Positions 17,925 through 28,547 of a DNA stretch of 64,000 nucleotides are shown piece after piece (the first letter of the stretch is position 1; each line of letters begins with the position of its first letter). The notes under the pieces are model-generated. The model searched no databases and was not told where the DNA came from. It worked only from the letters and a program-made list of their open reading frames with translations. Source of the DNA: a virus; IMG/VR virus record IMGVR_UViG_3300027365_000009, positions 1-64,000 of that record; one strand, 5' to 3'. The position numbers and the translations under genes were made by a program.

Positions 17925-19200
17925 CACTGTCGTTTCACAAGAAGACGCACATGAGAAGCTTGAGGATCTCCCTGAGGAACAGCAAGGACAGGAACTCGAA
18001 CACCCTGAGGTGGAAATGGATGAGGAAGAGGAAGCCGATTACCCCCTGTCTCAACAACAAGTCATCTCTCAGATTAGCATGTCCATGGAGTGGCTAACCG
18101 ATCTCAGGGATACGGTAGCGCGCCGTGGGGTGTCCTCCCACGATATGAAGGCCCTGCGGGAGATCCGAGGCACGCTAGCAGATGTTGGCATCGAACTGGC
18201 CCCGACCCCCGCCCTGGAACATTACCCGATTGGTAGTTATACCAGCGACCGCAGCAGCGTCAATTTAGATGTAGGTCTAGAGAGTATTTCACGCACTATC
18301 GTTGAGACCGTTAAGCTGTGGATTCGTAAGTTGGTAGAATACATCAAGAAGATGTACCGTTGGGTGAAACAACACCTTAAGTCGGAAGATAAGTTCACGC
18401 CCTTTCTTGAACGCTACCAAGAACTGTTCATGGTACTTCGTGATGCCCAGAAGCGCCTCAAAGACGCCAGTGCGGCTGGACGGGGTCGGGAGTATGACAA
18501 GGCTATCGAGAGGGCATTAAATGAATTGATCAAGGATTCTCAACTCAAACGGAGTCCTTTGCAGCTCGCACTGCTGGGAGAGCCCGACCAAGCTGCTCGT
18601 TTACGCACGCTCGAGAAGGATGCGTTTTCCTTTACGCAGACCGTAGAGCGCCAAGTCGATGAGATTGATTTTCTTCTCGGCAACAGTCCCCAACGTAGCA
18701 CCCAAGTCAATGCAGAAGGAACGAGCATTGCGGGCAAGATCCTCCAAGAAGAAATCGATATTTTCACGGCAGAGATGCCCCAGGGAAATTATCTCCAGAA
18801 GCACGTCGCCGTCGATGTATTGGGGACGAAGCCAATTCCCAGTGTATCAGTTACGCTGTCTCCTTACGATTACCTTATGGTCATGCATGAGGAACTCACC
18901 AAGCAACTCAACAATATCCGTAATATCGATATTGATGATAGTCAAGTTGACAAGGTGTCGGGAGTTCTTGGGGATCTGAGTAAGAATGTCGATTATCTCG
19001 TTAAGTTAGCGTCGTTCTTCCACAACACAAACCGCCAGAAGGTGGTGACGTTAAAGAAGCTCGTGACCTTCGAGATGAAAGCACTAAATGCGCTTTATAA
19101 GGATGTCACCACCAATGCCGTAGATACGCGTCAAGCGGAAACCTTCGAGCGGATCTATCGCGACGTGGAGGCGAAACTTAAGAAAGAGGGAATTCGATAG
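17914..19200 (+). CDS. Putative virion head protein
   Basis: Acidic N-terminal propeptide with SME/ALE/GLE (S/A/G-x-E) sites typical of phiKZ head proteins. GGAGG RBS. Confidence 0.7.
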   Translation: MTFDTVVSQEDAHEKLEDLPEEQQGQELEHPEVEMDEEEEADYPLSQQQVISQISMSMEWLTDLRDTVARRGVSSHDMKALREIRGTLADVGIELAPTPALEHYPIGSYTSDRSSVNLDVGLESISRTIVETVKLWIRKLVEYIKKMYRWVKQHLKSEDKFTPFLERYQELFMVLRDAQKRLKDASAAGRGREYDKAIERALNELIKDSQLKRSPLQLALLGEPDQAARLRTLEKDAFSFTQTVERQVDEIDFLLGNSPQRSTQVNAEGTSIAGKILQEEIDIFTAEMPQGNYLQKHVAVDVLGTKPIPSVSVTLSPYDYLMVMHEELTKQLNNIRNIDIDDSQVDKVSGVLGDLSKNVDYLVKLASFFHNTNRQKVVTLKKLVTFEMKALNALYKDVTTNAVDTRQAETFERIYRDVEAKLKKEGIR

Positions 19201-19218
19201 TTCCCAGCGACGACATAA

Positions 19219-19242
19219 GGGTAGGGCCGAATGGCCCTACCC
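19219..19242. terminator. Terminator hairpin between convergent genes
   Basis: gggtagggcc-gaat-ggccctaccc flanked by gacata and tatgc, with a T-run downstream. Confidence 0.8.
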
Positions 19243-19254
19243 TATGCTATTTTT

Positions 19255-22155
19255 TTACCTCACCGTATGACGTAAGAAGCTGATGTCGATATCGTCTTGT
19301 GCGGCCAGGAACTGGTTAGCCAACACAATCAGCCGGCGACGCAAGGCCAGCCTCACGGCATCATCTTCGATACTCACGGTACTGAAGTCGTTATCGCCCC
19401 CGAGTCCTCCAGCCTCGATACTGATGACGTCTTCCCCAGCATTTGCCTTCAAGCGGGCAATAATGTCCGATACGGCTACCGTCCGGCGCCCCAACATCTC
19501 ATTGACAATCTCACGGGTACTTTCGGTCAATGCTTCACGTAACCCCACATTGCCGTAAGCGGTATCCGTCAGATAGTAGTTCACGTAGAAATGCTGATCC
19601 AGTGACAGGGTTGATTTAAGGCCCTCCCTGACCGTGGCTGTGGTGTCCCCTAGCGTCACGGTGGGGTAGAGGTATAACTCACTCTGCTCAAGCAGCCGCT
19701 GCTCAATCAAACCGACGTCATTGTTGATCCACCCCACAATGGTTTGGGGTACGGCTTGACGGTAGTCGGTCGATTCCCGGTCATTGACAAAGTAATACAC
19801 CCCATCGAGTAGCATCAAGACAAACTCACGAACAATCTTCCGGGGACCAATTAATTCAGGTTCGCCGTTGGCATTGAGAACCACGTCGCCCTTCAGGTAC
19901 CGATAGACGGGATTACCGTCCTCATCGACCTTCACATCCCCTTTAGCGTGCAGGATATTGTACGTGATGTTACCGTCCACATCGGTTCCCAGAATGATTT
20001 GTCCGTTTTCATCCCGCTCATACACCGGGGCATCGTAGGTGTAGGGGATGTTCTCCTCATGACGCTTGTATGCATAAGAGGAGATCAGACTACGGTTTCT
20101 CCGCCACAACTGAGTTAACTCTTGACCAAAATGGACCCTCAGTCGTTCACGGGAAATCGCCATGAACCCTTCAGGCAGGAGATGGGTTTGAACGATCAAG
20201 TCCAGATCCCCTTCTCGATAATTCCGAAGGTCTTGGTTCAGGGCAATGAACGTGAAGTCAAAGTCATGCTCCAACGGTGTGGCGAAGTCAGTTTGAACCT
20301 CATCAAACATGGAGAGGTTAGTGGTGTGCAGACCGTGGTCTTTATCCAGATCCATTCGGGTGTAGATATCGAACTGGTACAGACGTTCTTTGTCCTCAGT
20401 GCCGATGAACGTCCCATTGATGGAGGCGTAGCTGTTTTCCCCATTAGGCTGATAGCCCATCTGCACCACGATGTCATCGTCACTGATGGATTTAAACCGA
20501 TCGCCGGACTTGAGCTTCACGGTGATCCGATAGCCCTCGTCAATACGGACGATGTCATATGTGTCGATTCCCACCTGAATCTGGGCAGTGTCGTTCTCCT
20601 CAACGAATACCTTACGCATGATGGTGGGGGCATCCAGATAGTAGGGCCTGACATCGAATTGGTTGTCGGTCACATCCAGGACGTAATGGAAGGGCGTGAA
20701 CAAATAGCGTTCGTTATTGACATGCCGTGTGAGGGCATCAGGAGACATGGCCATCACGTCCCGTATAACGCTATCACGCACCACTTCGATCTTCCCGTCG
20801 ACATAACGGTACAACATCGACGGTTTGATCGTCAGACGCTCTCCATTGTCGTAGGTGTGATCGGACAGTGCAATGTCTTCAATCTTCAGTTGAAGTTGAC
20901 CCATGGTACAGCCCATTCCCCCTGAGACACTGCTGCTCTCGGGAGCGGGCAACCGTCGGGTGGCTAAGAACTGACGATTGGTGATGTTGTCAATATTGGT
21001 GACAACGGAGTAGCCCCGACTCTCCAGTTCGGTTGACAGTTGCGCATGGGTTATGGGTACACGACTGACACCCAAGGTGTTATTAATCACTTGCTGGCGC
21101 AGCGTGGTAAAATCCACCGCTCGACTGCCCCCGGTCACCCGGTTGCCATTAAGGCATTGGATCTGATTGAACGTGTTTAACGGAGAGACAAAACTGCTGT
21201 TATCATCGATGGCATTCAACGTCATCTCAAACTGGCTGGCCTGGTATCCCCCCAGATCGAGATCAATGGGACCCTTGGTAGAATAAACGTCAACTCGCAC
21301 TTCGCCATTCACCAGACCTTGGGTGAAATAGATCAGAGGGATCTTCACGTTCAGAATGCCGTCATGAACTTGAAGGACCGCCGTGACGTCGGTGGGGTCA
21401 TAAACCTGATCAGTATGGGTGGTACGAATTTCCCGCCAGTTCTGACCGCCGTCGGAAAGGTACACCCGCGCCACATAGAACTGATCGGAAAACCCAAAGT
21501 CGGCGTCGAAAGCGGAGGCGGCGTTAACTGACTCCGTGAAGGTGGTAACGGCGAACTGTCCTGCGGGGACGTGCAACACCAACAGACGGTCCCGGTTCAA
21601 GCGGAGTACATCCCAGTCCACCATGTTGGATTCCAAGGTCTGTACTGGTGAGGTGTCAGTTCCGTCATACATTACCTGGAGACCGCCGTGCGACATAATG
21701 CGGATCTCAATTGGATACTGCATGGTGAAGGTGGTGTCGGCAACTCGAAAACGGGTCAGGCGAGGAATCACCAATTTACGGACATCGCTGTCCGGTACGG
21801 GAAGGGCCTTGGACAGGACCTCATCAAATGACAGGTAGATGTCGAATGTGGTCCATGCAGGCGTGGCAAACCGCCCAATGTAGTCCCGGTCGGCCATGTG
21901 GAGATACAGCTCTTCGGTGTCAATGGCCATGCTGGGGTATAATCGACGAAGGAGGGCTTCCCCTTCCACCACGTTCATGTTGGCATTTAGTACCGCCCCT
22001 TCCATCAGGAACACAAACGGATGGCTGGCGTCAGGAATGTCGTAATCGCCTTCACCACTCACCTGCGATTGGAGTTCATCCAACATCAGGTTCTGCATCA
22101 GCATGGGATTAAAACGCACGTCACTTAGACGGTCTTTAAAATTACTCACAGTCAT
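19255..22155 (-). CDS. Virion structural protein, baseplate-wedge-like (phiKZ gp87-like)
   Basis: 966 aa. P-SHPFVFLME, LYLHM-D-DY and VTGGS motifs, plus synteny. Confidence 0.7.
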   Translation of the reverse strand: MTVSNFKDRLSDVRFNPMLMQNLMLDELQSQVSGEGDYDIPDASHPFVFLMEGAVLNANMNVVEGEALLRRLYPSMAIDTEELYLHMADRDYIGRFATPAWTTFDIYLSFDEVLSKALPVPDSDVRKLVIPRLTRFRVADTTFTMQYPIEIRIMSHGGLQVMYDGTDTSPVQTLESNMVDWDVLRLNRDRLLVLHVPAGQFAVTTFTESVNAASAFDADFGFSDQFYVARVYLSDGGQNWREIRTTHTDQVYDPTDVTAVLQVHDGILNVKIPLIYFTQGLVNGEVRVDVYSTKGPIDLDLGGYQASQFEMTLNAIDDNSSFVSPLNTFNQIQCLNGNRVTGGSRAVDFTTLRQQVINNTLGVSRVPITHAQLSTELESRGYSVVTNIDNITNRQFLATRRLPAPESSSVSGGMGCTMGQLQLKIEDIALSDHTYDNGERLTIKPSMLYRYVDGKIEVVRDSVIRDVMAMSPDALTRHVNNERYLFTPFHYVLDVTDNQFDVRPYYLDAPTIMRKVFVEENDTAQIQVGIDTYDIVRIDEGYRITVKLKSGDRFKSISDDDIVVQMGYQPNGENSYASINGTFIGTEDKERLYQFDIYTRMDLDKDHGLHTTNLSMFDEVQTDFATPLEHDFDFTFIALNQDLRNYREGDLDLIVQTHLLPEGFMAISRERLRVHFGQELTQLWRRNRSLISSYAYKRHEENIPYTYDAPVYERDENGQIILGTDVDGNITYNILHAKGDVKVDEDGNPVYRYLKGDVVLNANGEPELIGPRKIVREFVLMLLDGVYYFVNDRESTDYRQAVPQTIVGWINNDVGLIEQRLLEQSELYLYPTVTLGDTTATVREGLKSTLSLDQHFYVNYYLTDTAYGNVGLREALTESTREIVNEMLGRRTVAVSDIIARLKANAGEDVISIEAGGLGGDNDFSTVSIEDDAVRLALRRRLIVLANQFLAAQDDIDISFLRHTVR

Positions 22156-22164
22156 CTCCTGGTG

Positions 22165-23187
22165 TTAGCGAACGATAATATTGGCTCGTTCGGCGTCGTA
22201 TTGTTCTCTAAATACCCACCACTCTAACTCAAGGGTGAGTTCGTTGATATGAGGGTAAGCGCTGTAGTTAAAATATTCCCGCTCCCAGGGTTTTAACTTG
22301 ACCAGGTAGCGTTCCCGGTTTTCGTCTTTCATTGCCACGTTGAAATGCTCGACCACCCGATTGAATTCATAGATCAGGATATGGTCGTAGTAGGTGAAAC
22401 CCATACAACGAAAGTTGACAGCGATCTGATCATTCGCCGTGGGAAAAGGTGTCTCGGAACCATCCCCTTCAAAATTGAAAATGTTACCAATCGGTGCGGT
22501 CATCGGAAAGCTCGCCCCAGTGGCCCCAATGCGAGTCACATACCGACGGGACTTATCCATGATCAGGCGATAAATGCGGGTGTTATAATCAATCTCGTTG
22601 TATAACACCATGTCGGGGTAGGGCATCAGCCTTCCTTCATAGACAAGGCCCATGTACCAACCCCAGATCAACATCATGAATGATATAGGATCACCCGGCA
22701 GATTGCGAAAGCTTGCCTGTAGGTCATACGTCTCGTAATGGTAAGGTATGTCGTCAACATACGAGTAGGCTTCACGATATAGACCTGGTTGAGACGTGTG
22801 GGTGTTCAACGTAAAATCAGGCCATCCTGATAACGAGATCAAGTTGTTGGAAAGCAGGGGAATAAATGCACTTAAATTGTCGATACCTGGTGAAGTAATC
22901 CCTTGTGCCAACAGACTCGGATCAAGCGATGCCCGAACCATTCGCTGGACACTGTAGGGTTCTTCAACCAACAAGTTACTCATCACACGATCGATGATTA
23001 AGTTATCGTATGACATGTTCATTAACGGTCGCGTGAAAAAGGTAAACCCGTGGTTCTCGGTATTGACCGGAATCGGTCCATTGCGTCCGACAATGTTCAG
23101 CCCATAGAAGGCATCCGAAATGGCTTGGTCGCGTGGTGAGCGCCCCAGGTTTCGCGCAATCTGATTAAGATAATCATCCAGTGCCAT
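22165..23187 (-). CDS. Virion structural protein (phiKZ gp88-like)
   Basis: G-TFFTRP-MN-SYDN and IDYNTRIYRL motifs, plus synteny. Confidence 0.7.
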   Translation of the reverse strand: MALDDYLNQIARNLGRSPRDQAISDAFYGLNIVGRNGPIPVNTENHGFTFFTRPLMNMSYDNLIIDRVMSNLLVEEPYSVQRMVRASLDPSLLAQGITSPGIDNLSAFIPLLSNNLISLSGWPDFTLNTHTSQPGLYREAYSYVDDIPYHYETYDLQASFRNLPGDPISFMMLIWGWYMGLVYEGRLMPYPDMVLYNEIDYNTRIYRLIMDKSRRYVTRIGATGASFPMTAPIGNIFNFEGDGSETPFPTANDQIAVNFRCMGFTYYDHILIYEFNRVVEHFNVAMKDENRERYLVKLKPWEREYFNYSAYPHINELTLELEWWVFREQYDAERANIIVR

Positions 23188-23223
23188 TGTGCACTCCACT
23201 ACATGTAAAGGAAGGAAATCGCT

Positions 23224-24354
23224 ATGACGATGCTCGCGGCCGCCGCTTCAGGTGCGGCACTTCGTATTGGGGATGTGATGACTAGCAAGGTAGCGCAAGC
23301 CCTTGCCAACGGTCAGTCACTGAAATCTTTGGCGGACATTGCCCGCCCAGCACGGGTCGAGCCGTTGGTGGTGGTGGACAAACCACTGGAAGGTCAGGAC
23401 TACATGGACGATGTCATGAAGTTTACTCTGACGACCTTCACCGGCTACTACCTTCAGGCGGTGTCCCTGGTTCTGAACGTGGGGCGTATTGATACCCTCA
23501 AGACCTTAGATGCCCTCAACCCCAATCGCAGCATGGGGGGTGCTGGGAAACGCTTTAAGGAAGCCGTGTTCTCTTCAGAGTCATATGAAAATGGTCTTCC
23601 GTCATTAGAGGCGTTTGATCAACCGATGGAACGCGAAGATCTGCTGGTCTCGGTAGAAGGCGATGACGGCGGTCAAACCATGGGGGTCGACGATGAAACG
23701 TACAAGAAGTTTTATGAGGTCGAAAACCTGGCCGTCGGCAAACTGATCAATGTCGAACTCAAGGACGGCGACCACAGCGCGAAGCTGCCGGTACTGATTC
23801 GACTGACGCCCACCACCGTTCCGTCACAGGTCCTGACTCATATCTTTACGGCCACCTCCCGTAATGCCTCTTGGAAAGAGCGGTATCACCTGTGGCGTGC
23901 GGGCCAGATTCGTCTGGTGCGTGATCTGATGTTTTCGGTGGATCTGATTGATGAACACCGCAAGGCATTGATCAACGACACCTCCAATGTCTACATGACA
24001 ATGACGGATCGACGTCGCAAGAACAGCCAAAAGGCGATGTTCTCTGGCACCCCCTCAATGGCGGATGCTTCCAACATCGCGATCATCACCAAGGACACGG
24101 CTCGGGAGATCGGGCGTGCCATGTACGGTAAGATCGACAGTTTAAAGATCCGTAAACAGATCTTTGATGCGACGTACCTGATGCTGCTGGTGGTGGTGGA
24201 CGAACAGTGGGAGCGGGTGACCATTTATCACCGCGGGGTGGATCAGCCCACTGAAGCCAGCTTCCGTGAAATCAAGGGCGCTGAGAAAGGTAAAGGACCG
24301 GACATCACCGAGATCCTCAAAGCCTACTCCCTCGGGGCATCTCCCTCCATTTAA
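23224..24354 (+). CDS. Head/inner-body protein (phiKZ gp89-like)
   Basis: ARVEPL, GYYLQA and NLAVGKL motifs, SLE/SVE sites, synteny. Confidence 0.7.
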   Translation: MTMLAAAASGAALRIGDVMTSKVAQALANGQSLKSLADIARPARVEPLVVVDKPLEGQDYMDDVMKFTLTTFTGYYLQAVSLVLNVGRIDTLKTLDALNPNRSMGGAGKRFKEAVFSSESYENGLPSLEAFDQPMEREDLLVSVEGDDGGQTMGVDDETYKKFYEVENLAVGKLINVELKDGDHSAKLPVLIRLTPTTVPSQVLTHIFTATSRNASWKERYHLWRAGQIRLVRDLMFSVDLIDEHRKALINDTSNVYMTMTDRRRKNSQKAMFSGTPSMADASNIAIITKDTAREIGRAMYGKIDSLKIRKQIFDATYLMLLVVVDEQWERVTIYHRGVDQPTEASFREIKGAEKGKGPDITEILKAYSLGASPSI

Positions 24355-24373
24355 TCATCGACGAGGTCTTTGA

Positions 24374-25267
24374 ATGAACGTTATTGATTATGTCCGTCGC
24401 CTTTCCCCGACGTACGAGCGCAAAGAAGTCATGGGTGTGCTCAAGCAACTGCGGGAAGAGCTTCGCGACTATACCCTGCCGGTTGCCAAAGACGCCCAAG
24501 AGGCGTTCATGGACCACACCTTCAAATCCGCCTATTCGCGTGAGCTGACTCAGGCACTGCGTAAGCGCGTGATGTTTCAAGGCAGTCCCATTGATCTGCT
24601 GACGATCTCATTGGAGCGCCTGGACGGTAATCTGGATATCCTGGAAAAGGAAGTCAAGCGACTGTTCTCTTTCCAGTTCTCCACGGCGAACATCACCTAC
24701 AACCGTGTGGCGCTGCTGCGCTACATTGAGTCAGCGTTGTTCTACACCAAATACTTCCGTAAGCTGCTGCTGCGTCTGGTGGCAGAAGAAGCCATCGCGC
24801 TGGGGAGTGCGGCCCCGCTGCGCTGGGCCAAAGCCGAGCGGATGTGGTTGGACGATAACCTGAAAGTCTTTGTGGAGCTCTACCCGGCGATCGGTAAGGA
24901 CTCCAAAGACCTTCTGAAGACGTTCCAGCAGACCTCTTCAGCTGAAGTGGATGAGGAAACCTTCGAGACTGCGCAGAAGGCGCTGGGGACCAAACTTGAC
25001 CCCATGAAACTGCATGGGCTGTCCGCCACCCGGTTTAACCCGATCTTCTCCATCGGGAAAGCCCTTGCCGAACTTAAGGTGAAGCGTTACCAGGCGGCCA
25101 AAGAAGAGCACCAAGCCCTTCAGCTTCGTCTCCAGGAACTGCGTGAAATCCAGGACGGGGGTAATACCAGTCCGAAACTGCAAAACCTGATTCACCACAC
25201 GGAGAATCGGATCGAGCAGCTGGATTACAACATCAGCAAGATCGAAGAAGAGAATCAACTCGACTGA
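24374..25267 (+). CDS. Head/inner-body protein (phiKZ gp90-like)
   Basis: NPIF motif and C-terminal coiled coil, synteny. Confidence 0.65.
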   Translation: MNVIDYVRRLSPTYERKEVMGVLKQLREELRDYTLPVAKDAQEAFMDHTFKSAYSRELTQALRKRVMFQGSPIDLLTISLERLDGNLDILEKEVKRLFSFQFSTANITYNRVALLRYIESALFYTKYFRKLLLRLVAEEAIALGSAAPLRWAKAERMWLDDNLKVFVELYPAIGKDSKDLLKTFQQTSSAEVDEETFETAQKALGTKLDPMKLHGLSATRFNPIFSIGKALAELKVKRYQAAKEEHQALQLRLQELREIQDGGNTSPKLQNLIHHTENRIEQLDYNISKIEEENQLD

Positions 25268-25277
25268 GGAGGCACCC

Positions 25278-25817
25278 ATGGGCATGCCCAATAAAACGAA
25301 GGTGTTTCCTCGCGGTTACAGTGGCGGTCAGCAACAAAATGACCCGACCCACAGAAACCGTGGGGGTGACCCCCGCGTCACCGACTTGTGGCGTCAGTAC
25401 ACCTCACCGAATAACCAATCTTCCGCGTGGTCGTTCCGTCGGAAAGCGATCACGGTCGCTAAGCAAATGCTGGCGGGGCGTCCCAATTGGTTTATTCAGC
25501 AGGACACCAATGAGCTGGTAAGAGAATATAACTACCAGTTTCTGATTGACACCCTGCGATTCATTGGTACTGGGAAACGGCGGATTAGCATTCACGCGTG
25601 GCCGGATCTTCTCAGTAACCATCCGGTGGCAGGTCTGAACGACGTGTCAGAACGCCATGAAATCGCCGATGTGTTTGAACAACTGAAACTGACCACGTCG
25701 ATCGAAGCCATGCTCCAGCTCTGGTGCAGTCACCCCCATGGGTTCGATGATATGGTATGTACTTTGAACCTACTGTTTGGGGATCTTCCCCTGAAAGTGG
25801 AACAAAACGCCAGCTAA
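25278..25817 (+). CDS. Virion protein (phiKZ gp91-like position)
   Basis: GAGGAGG RBS, synteny. Confidence 0.6.
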   Translation: MGMPNKTKVFPRGYSGGQQQNDPTHRNRGGDPRVTDLWRQYTSPNNQSSAWSFRRKAITVAKQMLAGRPNWFIQQDTNELVREYNYQFLIDTLRFIGTGKRRISIHAWPDLLSNHPVAGLNDVSERHEIADVFEQLKLTTSIEAMLQLWCSHPHGFDDMVCTLNLLFGDLPLKVEQNAS

Positions 25818-25850
25818 GCGTTTTTCCTTTACCTATCGATGGAGAATGAC

Positions 25851-27245
25851 ATGTCAACCCTTCTGAAGAACTGGCTGGAACAGTCCCAAGTGAGCCTGGA
25901 AGACTACGAGATGACTGATGGCGAGCAGAAGCTCGACGTCCACGTGGCCTCTGAGCCGAGCGTCGATCAAGAACTTGCCAAAATGGAAGAGTCCAAGCTC
26001 ACCCAGGACGAAATCCAGAAAGACTGTGAGGCCATGGTTGAAGCCCAGTCTGCCATGGAAGACTACGCCGACCTGCTGAGCCACGCTCTGGAGAACGGGG
26101 GTCTGAACGATCAGGCCGCGGCCTTCATGCGCCTGGGCATGGAGCGCTATGAAGCGATGTTCGGCCTGGAAGAGCCGCTGACTCCGTCCGTAGAAGCCTT
26201 TGGTGGTAGCGCCTCTCGTCAGCACTCCACTCAGGTCTCCCTGGAGTCCATCTCCGAGACCCTGAAGAAGTCCTGGGAAGCCATCAAGCGCGCCCTGACG
26301 GCCCTGATCAACGCCGTCAAGGACGTCTATGCCAAGGCAACCAACGCCGCCGGCCGTCTGGAGAAGCGAGCTAACGCGCTGCGGGCGAAAGCTCAGCAGG
26401 CCAAAGGCAAGACCCCGAAGGAAGACAAGATCAGCATCTCCGGTGCCGGTAAGCTGTACGCCGATGGCGTGTGGAAGGGCGACGATGTATCCATGGTTGC
26501 CGGCTTCATGACCTACGGCCTGGGTAAGTTCCCGGAGATCGCCATCAAGTACGCCCAATCGGTGGCAAACACTGTGGGTCAGATCAAGCCCGAGTCGGTT
26601 TCCAAGCAGACCGCGGCGACCGTACTGAAGATGTCCGACACCATGCTCAGTGACTTCAAGGGCACCGCCTCTCCGTCTGACGATAAGCGCTTCCCTGGCG
26701 ATACCGAAGTCAAGCATTCCGAAATCCTGCCGGGTAACATGGCACTGTATCTGTCTCAGCCGGCGGTGAAGGGCGACGAGATCGCCGCCCTCAAGAAGCT
26801 GGCATCCAACCTGCGCGCCGATATGCTGGCCGTGCCGGGTGCGAAGGCCGGTGAGAAGAGCCATGAAATCACTGTGGCGACTCCTGACGTACTGGCCAAC
26901 CGTGCTGGTCAAATCGCAAACGCTGCCGGCATGATCAAGAAAGCCAGCACCAACGGCGACAAGATCAAGAAGGTTGTCGATGACCTGATGAAGGCAGGTG
27001 ATGCGCTCAAGGAGAAGGCCGATAAGGCTGAGCTCAACGACGAGCAGAAGAAGACCATCGATGCTATCCTGCGTGGTATGGTTGCCATTCAGCGCCTGCT
27101 CGGTGGTACCATCAACGGTATCATCGCGTACGGTGTGCGTACCCTGAACGCCCAGCTTGGTGTTGTAGAGCGCCAGCTTGCGACTTACAAGGTCGAGGCC
27201 ACCGCGGGCGACGAAAACCTGCCGGCGAAGAAAGACGACGAGTAA
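25851..27245 (+). CDS. Abundant internal head protein (phiKZ gp93-family-like)
   Basis: Acidic propeptide with SLE/AME/SVE sites, LPGN motif, strong codon bias. Confidence 0.75.
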   Translation: MSTLLKNWLEQSQVSLEDYEMTDGEQKLDVHVASEPSVDQELAKMEESKLTQDEIQKDCEAMVEAQSAMEDYADLLSHALENGGLNDQAAAFMRLGMERYEAMFGLEEPLTPSVEAFGGSASRQHSTQVSLESISETLKKSWEAIKRALTALINAVKDVYAKATNAAGRLEKRANALRAKAQQAKGKTPKEDKISISGAGKLYADGVWKGDDVSMVAGFMTYGLGKFPEIAIKYAQSVANTVGQIKPESVSKQTAATVLKMSDTMLSDFKGTASPSDDKRFPGDTEVKHSEILPGNMALYLSQPAVKGDEIAALKKLASNLRADMLAVPGAKAGEKSHEITVATPDVLANRAGQIANAAGMIKKASTNGDKIKKVVDDLMKAGDALKEKADKAELNDEQKKTIDAILRGMVAIQRLLGGTINGIIAYGVRTLNAQLGVVERQLATYKVEATAGDENLPAKKDDE

Positions 27246-27262
27246 GTCGTTATCGGTGTCAC

Positions 27263-27283
27263 GGGAGGCCCTTGGGGCCTCCC
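27263..27283 (+). terminator. Terminator hairpin
   Basis: gggaggccc-ttg-gggcctccc followed by ttt. Confidence 0.65.
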
Positions 27284-27300
27284 TTTGTTGGGAGTTGCCT

Positions 27301-28485
27301 ATGCCCCCCGTCGCTGATTATTACGACGACGTCCGTGACGAACCCAAACCCATCACGGAAGAATACGATTCCGTCGCCGATGACCCCACCGTCGATCCGG
27401 AACGATTAGCAAAGCTCCTTGAACAGCCCACCGACACAGCACGTCATGTCCTACGTCTGATGGACGGAGTTGAGAGTTACCACCCTCCGCTGTTTGAGGA
27501 CATTGAAGACGGACTACTGTTACCGGGCTTTGAAGGGTTTAAAGACACGCTTCATGATCTGTGGGAACGTATCAAGCAATGGCTTGCTGCGGTACGGCGT
27601 TGGATCATGGATGACGGTCGTCAAGCGGACATTGCATTAAATGCACTGTCACTGCAGTGTGAAAACCTGAAAGTTGATACCCGAGCTAAGTTGTCAAGCC
27701 AACAGAGCGGTCAGTTTAAGATCAAGGGACGCATTACGTCACTTTCGGTGTTCTACGCACCGCCACGCGATATCGGTCAATTGATCTCGAACCTGCGGAT
27801 GATGAACCGTTTTATGGGCGATTATCTGAATCTGGTTGATCGCCAGATGTTGGGTAACGTAGGACGTGTGGCTGTACGGGTGAGCCAACTTGATCCAGCA
27901 AGGTTGTTTGCCCCGGATCTTGAAGACTTGGCGGTGGAGTTACGACGAATGGCTCCTGAGAACGCCATCACGTCACTTAATCTCCAGCCCGTGAAAGGCT
28001 CATCTCGGCGGTATAGTTCGCTGCACCTCATGGGCAATTTGAGACTGATCTACCAGCCCGGTGGAGACGCTCGGGGGATGTCCCGTGTACTGTCTCAGAC
28101 ACTGCGTTTGATGCACTCGGATATCAACCCACGTCCCATGCCACCAGAGATCACCTTCTCGAAGTTCGGACGCATCCAGAGCGATCAACTGCTTCAGTGG
28201 GTAGGGACATCGATTGACCAGTTGAAACACCATACTCAGCCTGCCATGCGGAAACGGCGGATGCGTAGCCTTGAAGAAATGGAAATGGCAGTGGATAGGT
28301 TTATCCAAAAGACAGATCAGCTGACCGATACTGACACTCAAGGTCATCGTGAACTTATCCGACAGGTCGTACAGACGGGAAGAAGCGTTAACGATTGGTT
28401 GAACAATCCGTACCATGGTATGATTGCCAATCACATACGGAGTCTTCGTGCTGCGTTGATGGTTTGTCGAATGAACGTATCCTGA
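27301..28485 (+). CDS. Internal head protein paralogue
   Basis: GFE site then TL-DLWERIK-W, and LMGN motif. Confidence 0.65.
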   Translation: MPPVADYYDDVRDEPKPITEEYDSVADDPTVDPERLAKLLEQPTDTARHVLRLMDGVESYHPPLFEDIEDGLLLPGFEGFKDTLHDLWERIKQWLAAVRRWIMDDGRQADIALNALSLQCENLKVDTRAKLSSQQSGQFKIKGRITSLSVFYAPPRDIGQLISNLRMMNRFMGDYLNLVDRQMLGNVGRVAVRVSQLDPARLFAPDLEDLAVELRRMAPENAITSLNLQPVKGSSRRYSSLHLMGNLRLIYQPGGDARGMSRVLSQTLRLMHSDINPRPMPPEITFSKFGRIQSDQLLQWVGTSIDQLKHHTQPAMRKRRMRSLEEMEMAVDRFIQKTDQLTDTDTQGHRELIRQVVQTGRSVNDWLNNPYHGMIANHIRSLRAALMVCRMNVS

Positions 28486-28547
28486 TCTTATAGCGGGTTT
28501 AACCGACCATAAGGTCTTGTTGTAACACACACCAGGAGAATTCTCCC

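Noticed and set aside
25854-26912. 352-aa minus-strand ORF and many similar nested ORFs
   Set aside because: Antisense or alternate-frame shadows of well-supported genes.
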